A stretch of DNA of 22,926 bases, taken from the NCBI GenBank assembly GCA_963662665.2, contig CAXXJS010000022.1:1-22926 (forward strand), written 5' to 3'. The notes beneath the pieces are model-generated. The model saw only the letters and a program-made list of their open reading frames with translations, had not been told where the DNA came from and did no database searches. Origin of the DNA: Candidatus Latescibacterota bacterium. Its GTDB lineage: Bacteria > Latescibacterota > UBA2968 > GCA-2709665. A program made the translations under genes and the position numbers. This document shows positions 1 to 8,724 of this stretch, in pieces (within the stretch, counting starts at the first letter, position 1; the number at the start of each line of letters is the position of its first letter).

Positions 1-1
1 C

Positions 2-1613
2 GCCGACGTGGCGCGGCCCTCCGTGCGCGGAAAGTTTCCGGTGCTCGTTCAGCGTACGCCGTACGGAAAAGGTGCAAATACGCAACTGGCGGAGGCGGGT
101 GGTACGTGGTCATTTCTCAGGATATGCGGGGCAGGTATGCCTCAAACGGCAGATTTACACCGATGTTTATGCCGGGCTATCAGGATGCCGCGGACGGCTA
201 CGATACCGTGGAGTGGGCGGCGGCACTGCCGTATTCGAACGGCAAGGTCGGCGCATACGGAATTTCCTATCCCTCCTGGGCCTCGTGGGAACTCGCGTCC
301 GCCAGGCCGCCGCACCTTGTTGCCATGTTCAACGGCGGGTACGCCACGCGGTTGACGGACTGGGAACTTGGCGGCGTTCTGCGCACGGGACGCGTGCTGC
401 AGTGGCTGTTCAGATCCCTGGGTCCCGACCTGAGGCGCCGAAGCGGTCTGGCCGCGCCCCACAAGCCGGCACAGGCGCAGGAAACGTCCGGAAAGGACCG
501 CGAAAAGCCGTTGTGGTTTGTACCGCTGAAGGATTTACCGGACGAGTACGCCGGCGGTTGCCGGGGGATCTGGCACTACTGGCTGGACCACCATCACAAG
601 GACATTTTCGACTTTCAGAAGCGGCACGGGGAGGTGGACGTGCCGGTCCTGCACACCACGGGCTGGCACGACCGGCTGGTGCTAACCGTCGATCACTTTT
701 CGGGAATGCGCGGGAACGCCCGCACCTCGGCCGCCCGAAAGGCGCAGCGCCTGGTTGTGGGCCCATGGTCCCACGGGTCTCAGGGGCCCCGGCAGGTCGG
801 TGAAAATGGACTTCGGGAAATCGGCGGCGGTGGACTTCAACGGGTTGATGGTCCGCTGGTTCGATTACTGGCTCAAAGGCAAGCCGAACGGAATGATGCG
901 GGACGGCGCCCGTGCGGTATTTCGTGATGGGAGAGAACCGGTGGCGCACGGCCTCGACCTGGCCCATACCCGAAGCGAAGCCCGTAACGTTCCATCTGGT
1001 CTCGAACGGCGGCGCAAACGGCGCCTCGGGAGGCGGGAGGCTGGTAAGAAGACGTCCTGAGGACCCCGGGAGCGACCGGTACGAGTACGACCCCCGCGAT
1101 CCGCTGATGTCACTGTTTTACGAGAGCTGTCAGGATGCACCGTACGACCAGAGCCGGCTGGATGGCCGGCGTGACGTGCTTGTGTACCAGACCCGCCGTC
1201 TGAGGAAGGGCGTTCGCGTGGTGGGCCGCCCGGAAGCGGTGCTGCACGCGGCGTCCAGCGCCAGGGACACGGACTTTATCGTCAAGTTAATGGACGTCCA
1301 TCCGGATGGCTTCGTTCATCAGGTGAGTTACGGAATCGTGCGGGCGAGATTCCGGGCCGGTTTCGACAACCCTCAGCTTCTGGAAGAAGGGAGGATTTAT
1401 CAATACCGGATCTCGATGCTCCCCACGGCGGTGTTGTTCCGGCCCGGCCACCGGATCCGTCTGGACGTAACCAGTTCGGATTTTCCGAATTTCGACCGGA
1501 ATCACAACACCGGCGGAGACAACTACGGGGAAGCCTCATTCGTGATCGCCCGTCAGGAGCTGTTTCACGGTCCGGATCACCGCTCGCAGGTGATTCTCCC
1601 TGTAGCTGGTTGA
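2..1613 (+). CDS. CocE/NonD family serine hydrolase (X-Pro dipeptidyl-peptidase-like), 5'-truncated by the window, 3 frameshifts
   Basis: Joining four frames gives one coherent protein: FPVLVQRTPY, YVVISQDMRGRYAS, nucleophile elbow GAYGISY, TTGWHD (Asp), VVGPWSHG (His), RWFDYWLKG and a C-terminal domain (YDPRDP, RRDVLVY, DTDFIVKL, GHRIRLDVTSSDFPNFDRN). Frame changes at ~100, ~805 and ~906. Confidence 0.9.
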
Positions 1614-1624
1614 AACCCCCGGGC

Positions 1625-1653
1625 TTGACACCAGGCGGCGGGCGGCTTATTTT
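1625..1653 (+). promoter_or_regulatory. sigma-70-type promoter for the beta-helix gene cluster
   Basis: TTGACA (1625-1630), 17-nt spacer, TATTTT (1648-1653), about 85 nt upstream of ATG 1739. Confidence 0.65.
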
Positions 1654-1738
1654 GCATTCGTGCGGGCGTCCGTGTTGAACCCTCGCGGGAAGACCGCCGG
1701 GAGCTTTGGGGCAGATTCGAGGTAGTGGAGAAAAGAAA

Positions 1739-2983
1739 ATGACCGATCTTACAACCAATCGCCCGATAACGGCGCGAGAGGAAATGACGTTGACGGTGGG
1801 GCACGGCGCCGGGGACCTTCAGGGCGCCGACGACAAGGTGCTGCAGGCCGGCGCGGACTATCTCAGGCGGCTGGGAGGCGGCGTCCTGCAGATCCTCCCG
1901 GGTGTGTACACGATGCACAACGCGCTCTATTTGCATCCGAACCTGACGGTTCGCGGCACAGGCGCAGCAACGGTGCTGAGAAAGGCGCCGGGTTTCAGGA
2001 CGGATCTGGTGCGGGATTCAGACTGGTACGAGGCGCGCGTGGCCGTCCGTGACGCCGGCGGGTTCAGCGCGGGGTGCGGCGTGATGCTGCGGGCCTTTCG
2101 TACTTCAGACGGCCGGATGGAGGTTGTAAGGGATACCGTGACAGCGGTTGAAGGCAATCTGGTTTCATTGAGCACGCGGATCTACAAGAACATGTGGCTG
2201 GAAGAGCGGGCGACGCTGGCAACTATTTTCCCGATTCTGACGGCGGAGGAAGGCGTACACGACGTTCGGGTCGAGAACCTAGTGCTCGACGGGAACAGCG
2301 AGGAAAACGAAGAGATAAACGGGAACTATTCCGGTGCGGTGTTCCTCCAGCGCTGTCACCGGTACCGGTTTTCGAACGTGACCGCACGGAACTACAATGG
2401 AGACGGGTTCAGCTTTCAGGTCTGCGACGATTTCGTCTTTGAGAACTGCGTCTCGGAGCGTAACGCGAATCTGGGATTCCATCCCGGCAGCGGGTCGCAG
2501 AGGCCGGCGTTCCGGAACTGCCGGTCCACCGGCAACAGCCAGGGCATCTTCTTCTGCTGGGGGGTGTCGGACGGCCTCGCGGAGAATTGCATCTGTTCGG
2601 ACAATCTCGACTTCGGCATCTCTATCGGACACAGAGACACGGACAATCGGATTCAGAATTGTACCATAGAGCGCAACCATAAGGTGGGCGTGCTTTTTCG
2701 GGAGCCCCAGACCGAATTCAGAGGCGCTCACCGGAACGTCGTGGCCTCGTGCAGGATTCGTGACAACGGATTTGCCGCGGAGGGCGCGGGCGTGGACATT
2801 CTCGGGGAGACGCACCAGGTCGAGATTCGCAACTGCCGGATCGAAGATACAGGCGAGAGCAGACAGAAAATCGGTATACGCATTGGCGATCGGGCGAACG
2901 ACATTGTGGTTGACGGGAATCGGTACCTGAACCTCGAAGAAGACGTCAGGGTGGAAGGCCTGAATGAGGTCGCGCAGGTTTAA
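1739..2983 (+). CDS. right-handed parallel beta-helix repeat protein (pectin lyase-like fold)
   Basis: GGAG RBS then ATG 1739. N-terminal cap LQAGADYL..GGGVLQILPGVY and IxGxG-like TVRGTG, VENLVLDGN, and repeated coils (FENCVSERN, FRNCRSTGN, AENCICSDN, IQNCTIERN, IRNCRIED). No obvious signal peptide. Confidence 0.85.
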   Translation: MTDLTTNRPITAREEMTLTVGHGAGDLQGADDKVLQAGADYLRRLGGGVLQILPGVYTMHNALYLHPNLTVRGTGAATVLRKAPGFRTDLVRDSDWYEARVAVRDAGGFSAGCGVMLRAFRTSDGRMEVVRDTVTAVEGNLVSLSTRIYKNMWLEERATLATIFPILTAEEGVHDVRVENLVLDGNSEENEEINGNYSGAVFLQRCHRYRFSNVTARNYNGDGFSFQVCDDFVFENCVSERNANLGFHPGSGSQRPAFRNCRSTGNSQGIFFCWGVSDGLAENCICSDNLDFGISIGHRDTDNRIQNCTIERNHKVGVLFREPQTEFRGAHRNVVASCRIRDNGFAAEGAGVDILGETHQVEIRNCRIEDTGESRQKIGIRIGDRANDIVVDGNRYLNLEEDVRVEGLNEVAQV

Positions 2984-3057
2984 CAGTCCGTTGATAAAAT
3001 CGCTCTGCAGGCGAGAGCCGGACGCAGCCCGGATGGGCTTTTTCAACGGGCTGTTAA
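2980..3057. mobile_element. MITE-like intergenic element, copy 1 (both terminal inverted repeats present)
   Basis: Left end TTAACAGTCCGTTGATAAAA matches the reverse complement of the right end (TTAACAGCCCGTTGAAAAAG) at 17/20 positions. Internal sequence is shared with 12073-12143. Confidence 0.65.
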
Positions 3058-3067
3058 GGGGGTATCC

Positions 3068-3301
3068 ATGGCGGAACCGTTAAGCGAAGCCGAGATGAAG
3101 GAGAAGGCGATCGGGTACCTGAAGTCGCAGTACGGCGAGGATACGGTACGGATGGACATTCGAAACAATGGCGTGGAAGACGGCAGCGGGGTGCTGCACG
3201 TGGACTGCACCGTGAGCGTGGGCGGATCGCTGTCGGATTGGACGAAGTGGTTCACGTTCATGCAGGGTGAAGTGGAAAGCAAGCGCTGGCAGATGCGGTA
3301 G
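3068..3301 (+). CDS. hypothetical protein, 77 aa
   Basis: Purine-rich RBS (AAGGGGG) before ATG, fills the gap in a co-oriented cluster, composition suggests one helix followed by beta strands. Confidence 0.8.
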   Translation: MAEPLSEAEMKEKAIGYLKSQYGEDTVRMDIRNNGVEDGSGVLHVDCTVSVGGSLSDWTKWFTFMQGEVESKRWQMR

Positions 3302-3377
3302 GGAACGTCCCGACGCGGCATTCATCGCCGGGCCGCGGGCGCAGCAATGCAATGATACCTGATGGAGAGAGCCGCCC

Positions 3378-4220
3378 ATGCCGGTACAGGATCGCAGCGT
3401 TCGCATCGGCTTGTTGAAAGCGATGCCAGCCAAATGGGACGTTGAAGCAAACTGGGACGTGTTCGAGAAACAGTTCGCCAGGTATTCCAACAGCGGTCTG
3501 GATGTGTTTGTCACGCCGGAGTGTTTCCTCGACGGATACGCCGCGGCAGAGGCTGATTGGAATGTCCCGAAGTTCCGGAGCGTGGCGCAGACAGTCGGGG
3601 AGAGTTCCTACATTCGAAGCGTACTGGATCTCGCCGGGAGGTCAAACACACACATCGTATTCGGATTTACGGAATTGAAGAATGGCCGTTTCTACAACGC
3701 GGCATTGCTGGCCAGCCGTCACGGCGAGATCGTGGGCACGTATTACAAGACGCATCTGCAGCACCACGACCGCCGGTTCGCCGCAGGGCGGAACCTTCCC
3801 GTGTTCAAACTGGATTTCGGGAACGTGGGCGTCGCGATTTGCGCCGATCGCCGATGGCCGGAGTCCGTCCGCGTGCTGCGGTTGAAGGGCGCCGAGGTCT
3901 GCCTCATGCCGACCTACGGAATGTGGCACGTGGAAAACGAATGGTGGATGCGCACCCGGTCTTACGAAAACCAGATGTACGTCTGCTTCGCCCATCCCAA
4001 CGTGGCGTTGATAACGGGTCCGGATGGTCAGCTGGATGCAAAGCTTCAGTCAAACGTGATCGATGTTCTGGTGCACGACGTCGACCTCGCTACTGTAACC
4101 GATGGAAACCATTTGGCCGACCGGAGGCCGGAATTGTACGGAATCCTTTCAGACGAGACGCATCCGTCCCGACAGGAACCATTCGAACCGCCGACGGTCG
4201 ACGATAACCGGGGGAACTGA
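3378..4220 (+). CDS. carbon-nitrogen hydrolase (nitrilase superfamily)
   Basis: Glu-Lys-Cys triad in context: VTPECFLDGY, YYKTHL, ICADRRWPE. Also RSYENQMYV and C-terminal DRRPELYG. Confidence 0.92.
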   Translation: MPVQDRSVRIGLLKAMPAKWDVEANWDVFEKQFARYSNSGLDVFVTPECFLDGYAAAEADWNVPKFRSVAQTVGESSYIRSVLDLAGRSNTHIVFGFTELKNGRFYNAALLASRHGEIVGTYYKTHLQHHDRRFAAGRNLPVFKLDFGNVGVAICADRRWPESVRVLRLKGAEVCLMPTYGMWHVENEWWMRTRSYENQMYVCFAHPNVALITGPDGQLDAKLQSNVIDVLVHDVDLATVTDGNHLADRRPELYGILSDETHPSRQEPFEPPTVDDNRGN

Positions 4221-4221
4221 C

Positions 4222-5256
4222 GTGACCGGAGACAGGTTAGGCGTCGCGATCATCGGCTGCGGGAATATGGGAAGAACCCACGCCCGGTTTCTGGGGGGCT
4301 TTGACGACGTGTCACTGCGCCTGCTGGTGGATACCGACGAAGGCGCGGCCAGGTCGCTGGCCGCGGAGGTCCGGGCCCCGGAAGCGGGCGCGGAGTTCCA
4401 GCGGGCATTGGACGATCCGTCCGTCGACATCGTGTTTATCTGCACGCACCACCATCTCCACGCGCCCATGTGTGTGGCGGCGGCCGAAGCCGGTAAGGAT
4501 ATTTTCTGCGAGAAACCGCTGGCAATCCGCGCCGGGGACTGCGCGGCGATCGCGGAGGCCGTACGTACGGCCGGCGTCAGGTTCATGACAGGGTTTCAGG
4601 CGCGGTTCTCTCCGTTTTTCCTGAAATTGAAGGAGGTCGCGCCGCGTCCGTGGTTGACGATCGCACAGTATTTCGACCCCAGGTGGGGAGAGCAGAGCTG
4701 GGCCAATGACCCGGTTGCCGGCGGTGGCAATGTGCTGAGCCAGGGGTGTCACTGCTTTGACGCCGTCCGGTTCCTGAATCCGTCCGAGGTGGTATCCATT
4801 TACGCGGCGGGCGGAAACTATCACCATCCCACGCTGCCCATCACCGACGCGGTTGCGTGTACGCTGCGGTTTGCGGACGGCGCGGTTGCCAATCTCGCGA
4901 TAGGGGACGTGGGCAAACCCGCGTTGATGGGTAAAGCGGCCTACCAGGTCTTCGCCGGGGATACGACGGCGAGCCTTTTCAATTACCATTGGAACCCCGA
5001 GATTCGCCTGTGGGGCGTTGAGCCAGGCCGGCTGACGGTCAACGATTTACCCGGCTGCGAAGAAACGGACTTCGCCCATGGCTATACTCAACAGATGCGG
5101 GCGGTTGTGGACTGGTCGCTGAAGGGAATCGAGCCGCCGAATGCAGCGAAACTGGACGACGGCGTCCGTGCGACAACACTTGCCCTGGGCGCCATTGATG
5201 CGATCCGCACCGGTGAGGTTCAGGAATTGAACTGGGGTCCGGCGCGGCCGGAGTGA
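4222..5256 (+). CDS. Gfo/Idh/MocA family oxidoreductase
   Basis: GTG at 4222 just after the upstream stop. Rossmann motif AIIGCGNMG, AGKDIFCEKP, GFQARF, GGGNVLSQGCHCFD. Confidence 0.92.
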   Translation: MTGDRLGVAIIGCGNMGRTHARFLGGFDDVSLRLLVDTDEGAARSLAAEVRAPEAGAEFQRALDDPSVDIVFICTHHHLHAPMCVAAAEAGKDIFCEKPLAIRAGDCAAIAEAVRTAGVRFMTGFQARFSPFFLKLKEVAPRPWLTIAQYFDPRWGEQSWANDPVAGGGNVLSQGCHCFDAVRFLNPSEVVSIYAAGGNYHHPTLPITDAVACTLRFADGAVANLAIGDVGKPALMGKAAYQVFAGDTTASLFNYHWNPEIRLWGVEPGRLTVNDLPGCEETDFAHGYTQQMRAVVDWSLKGIEPPNAAKLDDGVRATTLALGAIDAIRTGEVQELNWGPARPE

Positions 5257-5321
5257 GAAAGAGGGCCGCCATGGGTTCTGTACCGCCGCCCCTGCACGCC
5301 GCGGAAGAAAGGAATTCAGGT

Positions 5322-6377
5322 ATGAGCTACGGCGTCGGATTGTTGGGAAACCGGGCCCATCAGATGAGCTATGGGCCGATCCTGGAAGCCCGGCAGGATT
5401 GCCGGATTGTAGCGGCTGCGGAACACAGGGCGGACAAAGCCGGGCTTCTCGAAGAGCGGTTCGGCGTGGCGTGCGGCGCGGACTACGACGACGTGCTGGA
5501 AGATCCCGACGTGCATATCGTCTCGATCGCTACCGACTTCTATTTGAAACGAGCCCTGATCGCCAGGGCGGTTGCGTGCGGAAAGCACGTTCTGGTGGAT
5601 AAGCCGCTTGCACGCACCGTTCGGGAAGCCAGGGAGATCGTAAACACTGCCGAAGGCTCCGGGATCAGGATCGTGTTGAGCTATCCCATCCGATACGAGC
5701 CGGGGCTTGCGGCCCTCGCACGGGGAATTCGTTCCGGCGCCTATGCGAATATAACGTCCTATACGCATCACTTCGTTCGTCAGTTCAAGGACAGCGACCT
5801 GATGCAGTACGTGAGCTACCCCACGCCCGTTAACGTAAACGGCGGCGGAGAACTGATGAATCTGGGCAGTCACGCGGTGGATTATCTGCACCACCTGTTT
5901 GGTATGCCCGGGCGCATCTTCAGCAGCATGCGGAATGCCTATTGGGACGAATACCAGGCATTCGGGACGGAAGATATGGCGACGGTTGTGTGCGATTACG
6001 GAGATTTTGTCGCCACGCTGGTGACAGGCCGAAACAAGCTCGAGGAGGAAGGGCCGTCGGCGAACGCGGTGGATGTGACCGCACAGGGCCACTGGATCCA
6101 CGTTGAGCCCGAAAAAATGCTGGTGAATGGCGTGCCTCTGGACTTGCAGCCGGCGCCCCTGCCGCAGTCCGATGCGTGCGTGCAGGAGTTGATTGACTGT
6201 ATTGAAGGGGCTCGGGATCCGGTGATGGGCGTCGCGGACGGTCTCGCAGTTGCCGAAATGACCACGGCGGCCTATCAGTCGGCGCAGACCGGCGAATTCG
6301 TGTCGTTGCCCCTCGATGACGAGAACCATCCAATGATCGACCTCGATGAACAGGTGATCGAGGGTTTTCTGGACTGA
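5322..6377 (+). CDS. Gfo/Idh/MocA family oxidoreductase
   Basis: AAGGA RBS then ATG 5322. YDDVLEDPDVHIVSIAT, GKHVLVDKPLA, GGGELMNLGSHAVD, TEDMA, AAYQSAQTG. Confidence 0.9.
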   Translation: MSYGVGLLGNRAHQMSYGPILEARQDCRIVAAAEHRADKAGLLEERFGVACGADYDDVLEDPDVHIVSIATDFYLKRALIARAVACGKHVLVDKPLARTVREAREIVNTAEGSGIRIVLSYPIRYEPGLAALARGIRSGAYANITSYTHHFVRQFKDSDLMQYVSYPTPVNVNGGGELMNLGSHAVDYLHHLFGMPGRIFSSMRNAYWDEYQAFGTEDMATVVCDYGDFVATLVTGRNKLEEEGPSANAVDVTAQGHWIHVEPEKMLVNGVPLDLQPAPLPQSDACVQELIDCIEGARDPVMGVADGLAVAEMTTAAYQSAQTGEFVSLPLDDENHPMIDLDEQVIEGFLD

Positions 6378-6548
6378 CCGATGGCGGCTTCAAAACCGGT
6401 GATTGTATCCTGCGCTTGATTTTTCGGGAGGAGAGGCCGAGTCGTTCAGGGTCGGATTTCGCGCCGGAGAAATCGACAAAGGAGGGACACGCCAGGCGGG
6501 CAACAGCACCGTCGACGATAGGCCCGGGAGGTAATCTTCTGGGCCGCT

Positions 6549-7868
6549 TCAGTCCATCAGACGGGCATTGTACTGGCGGGGGCCGGCGGTGTAGCCGGAA
6601 TAGGCAGCCGGATTCAGAGGCGCCGGCGTGTAGATGTAAACGTCGTCCGCCCACGGGTTGTATACCAGCAGATCCTCACGTTCGTCTCCACAGAGATTCG
6701 CGGGTACAGCGTGATACCATCCCATTTTTTCGGGGCCTGCGGGTGGCGGCAGTCCGGGAAGAACCACCGCGGGTTGGCCATTGCCGTTGAAGAGGATGCC
6801 GCCATTGTAAAGCATTGCGGGTGCGTCGAATCCGTTCCAGTAGACAGTTTCCATACCCGTTTCGTTCGGGGATCGGTTGAGTCGAAAACGGCGGACAATC
6901 CGTCCGCCGTTGTCTGCCACCAGAACGTCGGGACTGTGTCCGAGGTACCGAACGGCCATCTGGGGTGCCGGTTCGTCGGGAAGGAAGGTGGCCACCCTGA
7001 CTTCCTGTCCGTGCGGAACGATTTCCTGGCCGAGCGCCAGAACAACACCGCCGTCGATATCCAGAACGTGACCTCCGCCGGAGCAGATGGCGCGTATCCG
7101 TCCGTTGTCCCATGGCTGGATGGAGACTGAGTCCATATTCCGCGCGAGCCGGCATTCCCACCTGGCTTCGCCGTGGGGATCCAGAATGAAATAGCCGCCC
7201 AGGATTTCGTCGCGCCCGTCGCCGTCAAGGTCGCCCACGGCCGGAATGTAGGCAGAGCAGCGGCCGTAGTCGTTCCACGGAATGGCGTAGTCCCACAACA
7301 GGTCCAGGTTATGGTCGAATGCCAGGACCCGTTTACCCAGTTTGACCACGATGTCCTGGGGAACGTCGCCGCCTCTGAGGTTGGCAATGAGCAGGCGCTG
7401 ATGAAACCAGTTGGCGCCCCAGCCGCGACACGCCTCCAGAATCTCCGGGCGGGATTCCTTTTTTAACGCTCCCGTCGCACCGTCGCGGATCTGGAGGGTG
7501 ACGTCGGCAAGGGACTCTCTGGCGGTGACGCCGTCCGGGCAATGAAAGAAGCAGATGACTTCGTTCCGGCCGTCGGCGTCCAGGTCGTGGATCGCCACGG
7601 AACAGGGTCGGAGGGGCTGGGCGCCGCCGTCGCCGTCCCGCCACAGAATTTCACCATCAAGGGTAAAGGCGCCCAGAAAACAGGGCTTGAGTTCACTGGC
7701 CGCGTCGCAGCGATAGACGAGCAGATCGGCCCGGCCGTCTCCGGTAAGGTCGCCCACGCGTATATCCCCGCCGAAACGCAGTTCCCTTCCATCGACTTCG
7801 GCCCGGGTTAAAAACGAGCGGGGAATCTCGACCCGCCGGTAGAGGATGGCCGGAGCGGCGTCGGACAT
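6549..7868 (-). CDS. FG-GAP-repeat beta-propeller protein, rhamnogalacturonan lyase (PL11)-like
   Basis: Repeated Ca-binding DxDxDG-type loops: GDLTGDGRADLL, HDLDADGRNEVI, GDLDGDGRDEIL, ANLCGDEREDLL. Lyase activity itself is not demonstrated. Confidence 0.75.
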   Translation of the reverse strand: MSDAAPAILYRRVEIPRSFLTRAEVDGRELRFGGDIRVGDLTGDGRADLLVYRCDAASELKPCFLGAFTLDGEILWRDGDGGAQPLRPCSVAIHDLDADGRNEVICFFHCPDGVTARESLADVTLQIRDGATGALKKESRPEILEACRGWGANWFHQRLLIANLRGGDVPQDIVVKLGKRVLAFDHNLDLLWDYAIPWNDYGRCSAYIPAVGDLDGDGRDEILGGYFILDPHGEARWECRLARNMDSVSIQPWDNGRIRAICSGGGHVLDIDGGVVLALGQEIVPHGQEVRVATFLPDEPAPQMAVRYLGHSPDVLVADNGGRIVRRFRLNRSPNETGMETVYWNGFDAPAMLYNGGILFNGNGQPAVVLPGLPPPAGPEKMGWYHAVPANLCGDEREDLLVYNPWADDVYIYTPAPLNPAAYSGYTAGPRQYNARLMD

Positions 7869-7915
7869 TATGTACGTCGCCGGCTGTCAGGGGTGCGGAG
7901 GTTGGGCACTCTTGC

Positions 7916-7937
7916 CTTTCCAACGGGCTGTTAAGGG
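7916..7937. repeat. isolated terminal repeat of the MITE-like element (copy 3, fragment)
   Basis: CTTTCCAACGGGCTGTTAAGGG closely matches 3038-3060; CAACGGGCTGTTAAGGG (17 nt) is identical. Confidence 0.6.
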
Positions 7938-7950
7938 AAGCGGACGACAG

Positions 7951-8256
7951 CTAGCCCTGACGGCTCGCCTCGTGCTTTCTCCGAAGTTTGAGTACGCGTT
8001 CGAACCTCTCGGAGAGGCTTTCTCCCGGTCGGGAGAACCGAAGCATGGTTTCGTGAGACATCACCATCATCGTGCCCAGCGTCGGATCGGGATATCGGCA
8101 GAAGCTGTGTTTGACTTCGTCACCGGTAACACAGCAGTGGGTTTCAAGCGGGAACTCGAAATCGCCGTCGAGCAGACTGCCTGACTTGGTTCCGACTTCC
8201 GACCCGGTATCGGCCGGCAGTTTGTAGTCGGGGTAGAACTGATCCTTTTTAGCCAT
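7951..8256 (-). CDS. hypothetical protein, 101 aa
   Basis: AAGGAG RBS upstream on the - strand, promoter at 8335-8364, co-oriented with the propeller gene. Contains HCCVTG...HSFC. Confidence 0.8.
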   Translation of the reverse strand: MAKKDQFYPDYKLPADTGSEVGTKSGSLLDGDFEFPLETHCCVTGDEVKHSFCRYPDPTLGTMMVMSHETMLRFSRPGESLSERFERVLKLRRKHEASRQG

Positions 8257-8334
8257 CGGATGTCGACTCCTTAAGCGTCACGTTAATTGACTTCCGCCGG
8301 GTGTTCGCTCATTCCGCACGTGGGGCAGCCAGAA

Positions 8335-8364
8335 AATATAAACCGTAAGACCGCTGCTTGTCAA
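8335..8364 (-). promoter_or_regulatory. sigma-70-type promoter for the - strand pair
   Basis: On the - strand: TTGACA (8364-8359), 18-nt spacer, TATATT (8340-8335). Confidence 0.65.
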
Positions 8365-8506
8365 CAGAAACAGACGAAATTCAGGAAACAGGGTGAGGAT
8401 ATCGCCGGGCAGGCCGGACCTCGGGGCGGAGGCCGGAGGCACGCCCGCTGTGGTCAAGCCGGTGCCATCACGCGGGTATGGCTGAATTCGCACGGGTGCT
8501 TTGGGC

Positions 8507-8536
8507 TTGATTTCAGTATTGGAAATTGCTTATTAT
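8507..8536 (+). promoter_or_regulatory. possible sigma-70 promoter for the GT2 gene
   Basis: TTGATT, 18-nt spacer, TATTAT within an AT-rich patch of the divergent intergenic region. Confidence 0.4.
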
Positions 8537-8724
8537 CATTCTGAATGCATGGCAGATCGTCCGTACATCGGGCAATGGTCGAGACGTTATCTATTGAATT
8601 GCCCCCGCATCCGCCGCGGCGCGTGACGGCCGGCCGTTCGCGCCAATGCCGGACGTTGCGGGGATAATGTTAAGCCCCGGTGTGTTCCCGCGATTCAGTG
8701 AGATGCGTCAGTGTTGGAGGGTTC

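Noticed and set aside
1641-1656. Sigma-54 promoter GGCGGCTTATTTTGCA
   Set aside because: GG-to-GC spacing is 11 rather than 10, and a sigma-70 reading fits better.
4102-4221. Extended N-termini in the ORF track (also 1706, 5253, 8680, 18398, 21654)
   Set aside because: They overlap upstream genes or lack an RBS; downstream starts with RBSs coincide with the domain boundaries.
5316-6329. Long antisense ORFs (also 2279-3046, 8929-9669, 13210-14151, 14148-14915, 16041-16871)
   Set aside because: Shadow ORFs of GC-rich sense genes with no recognisable motifs.
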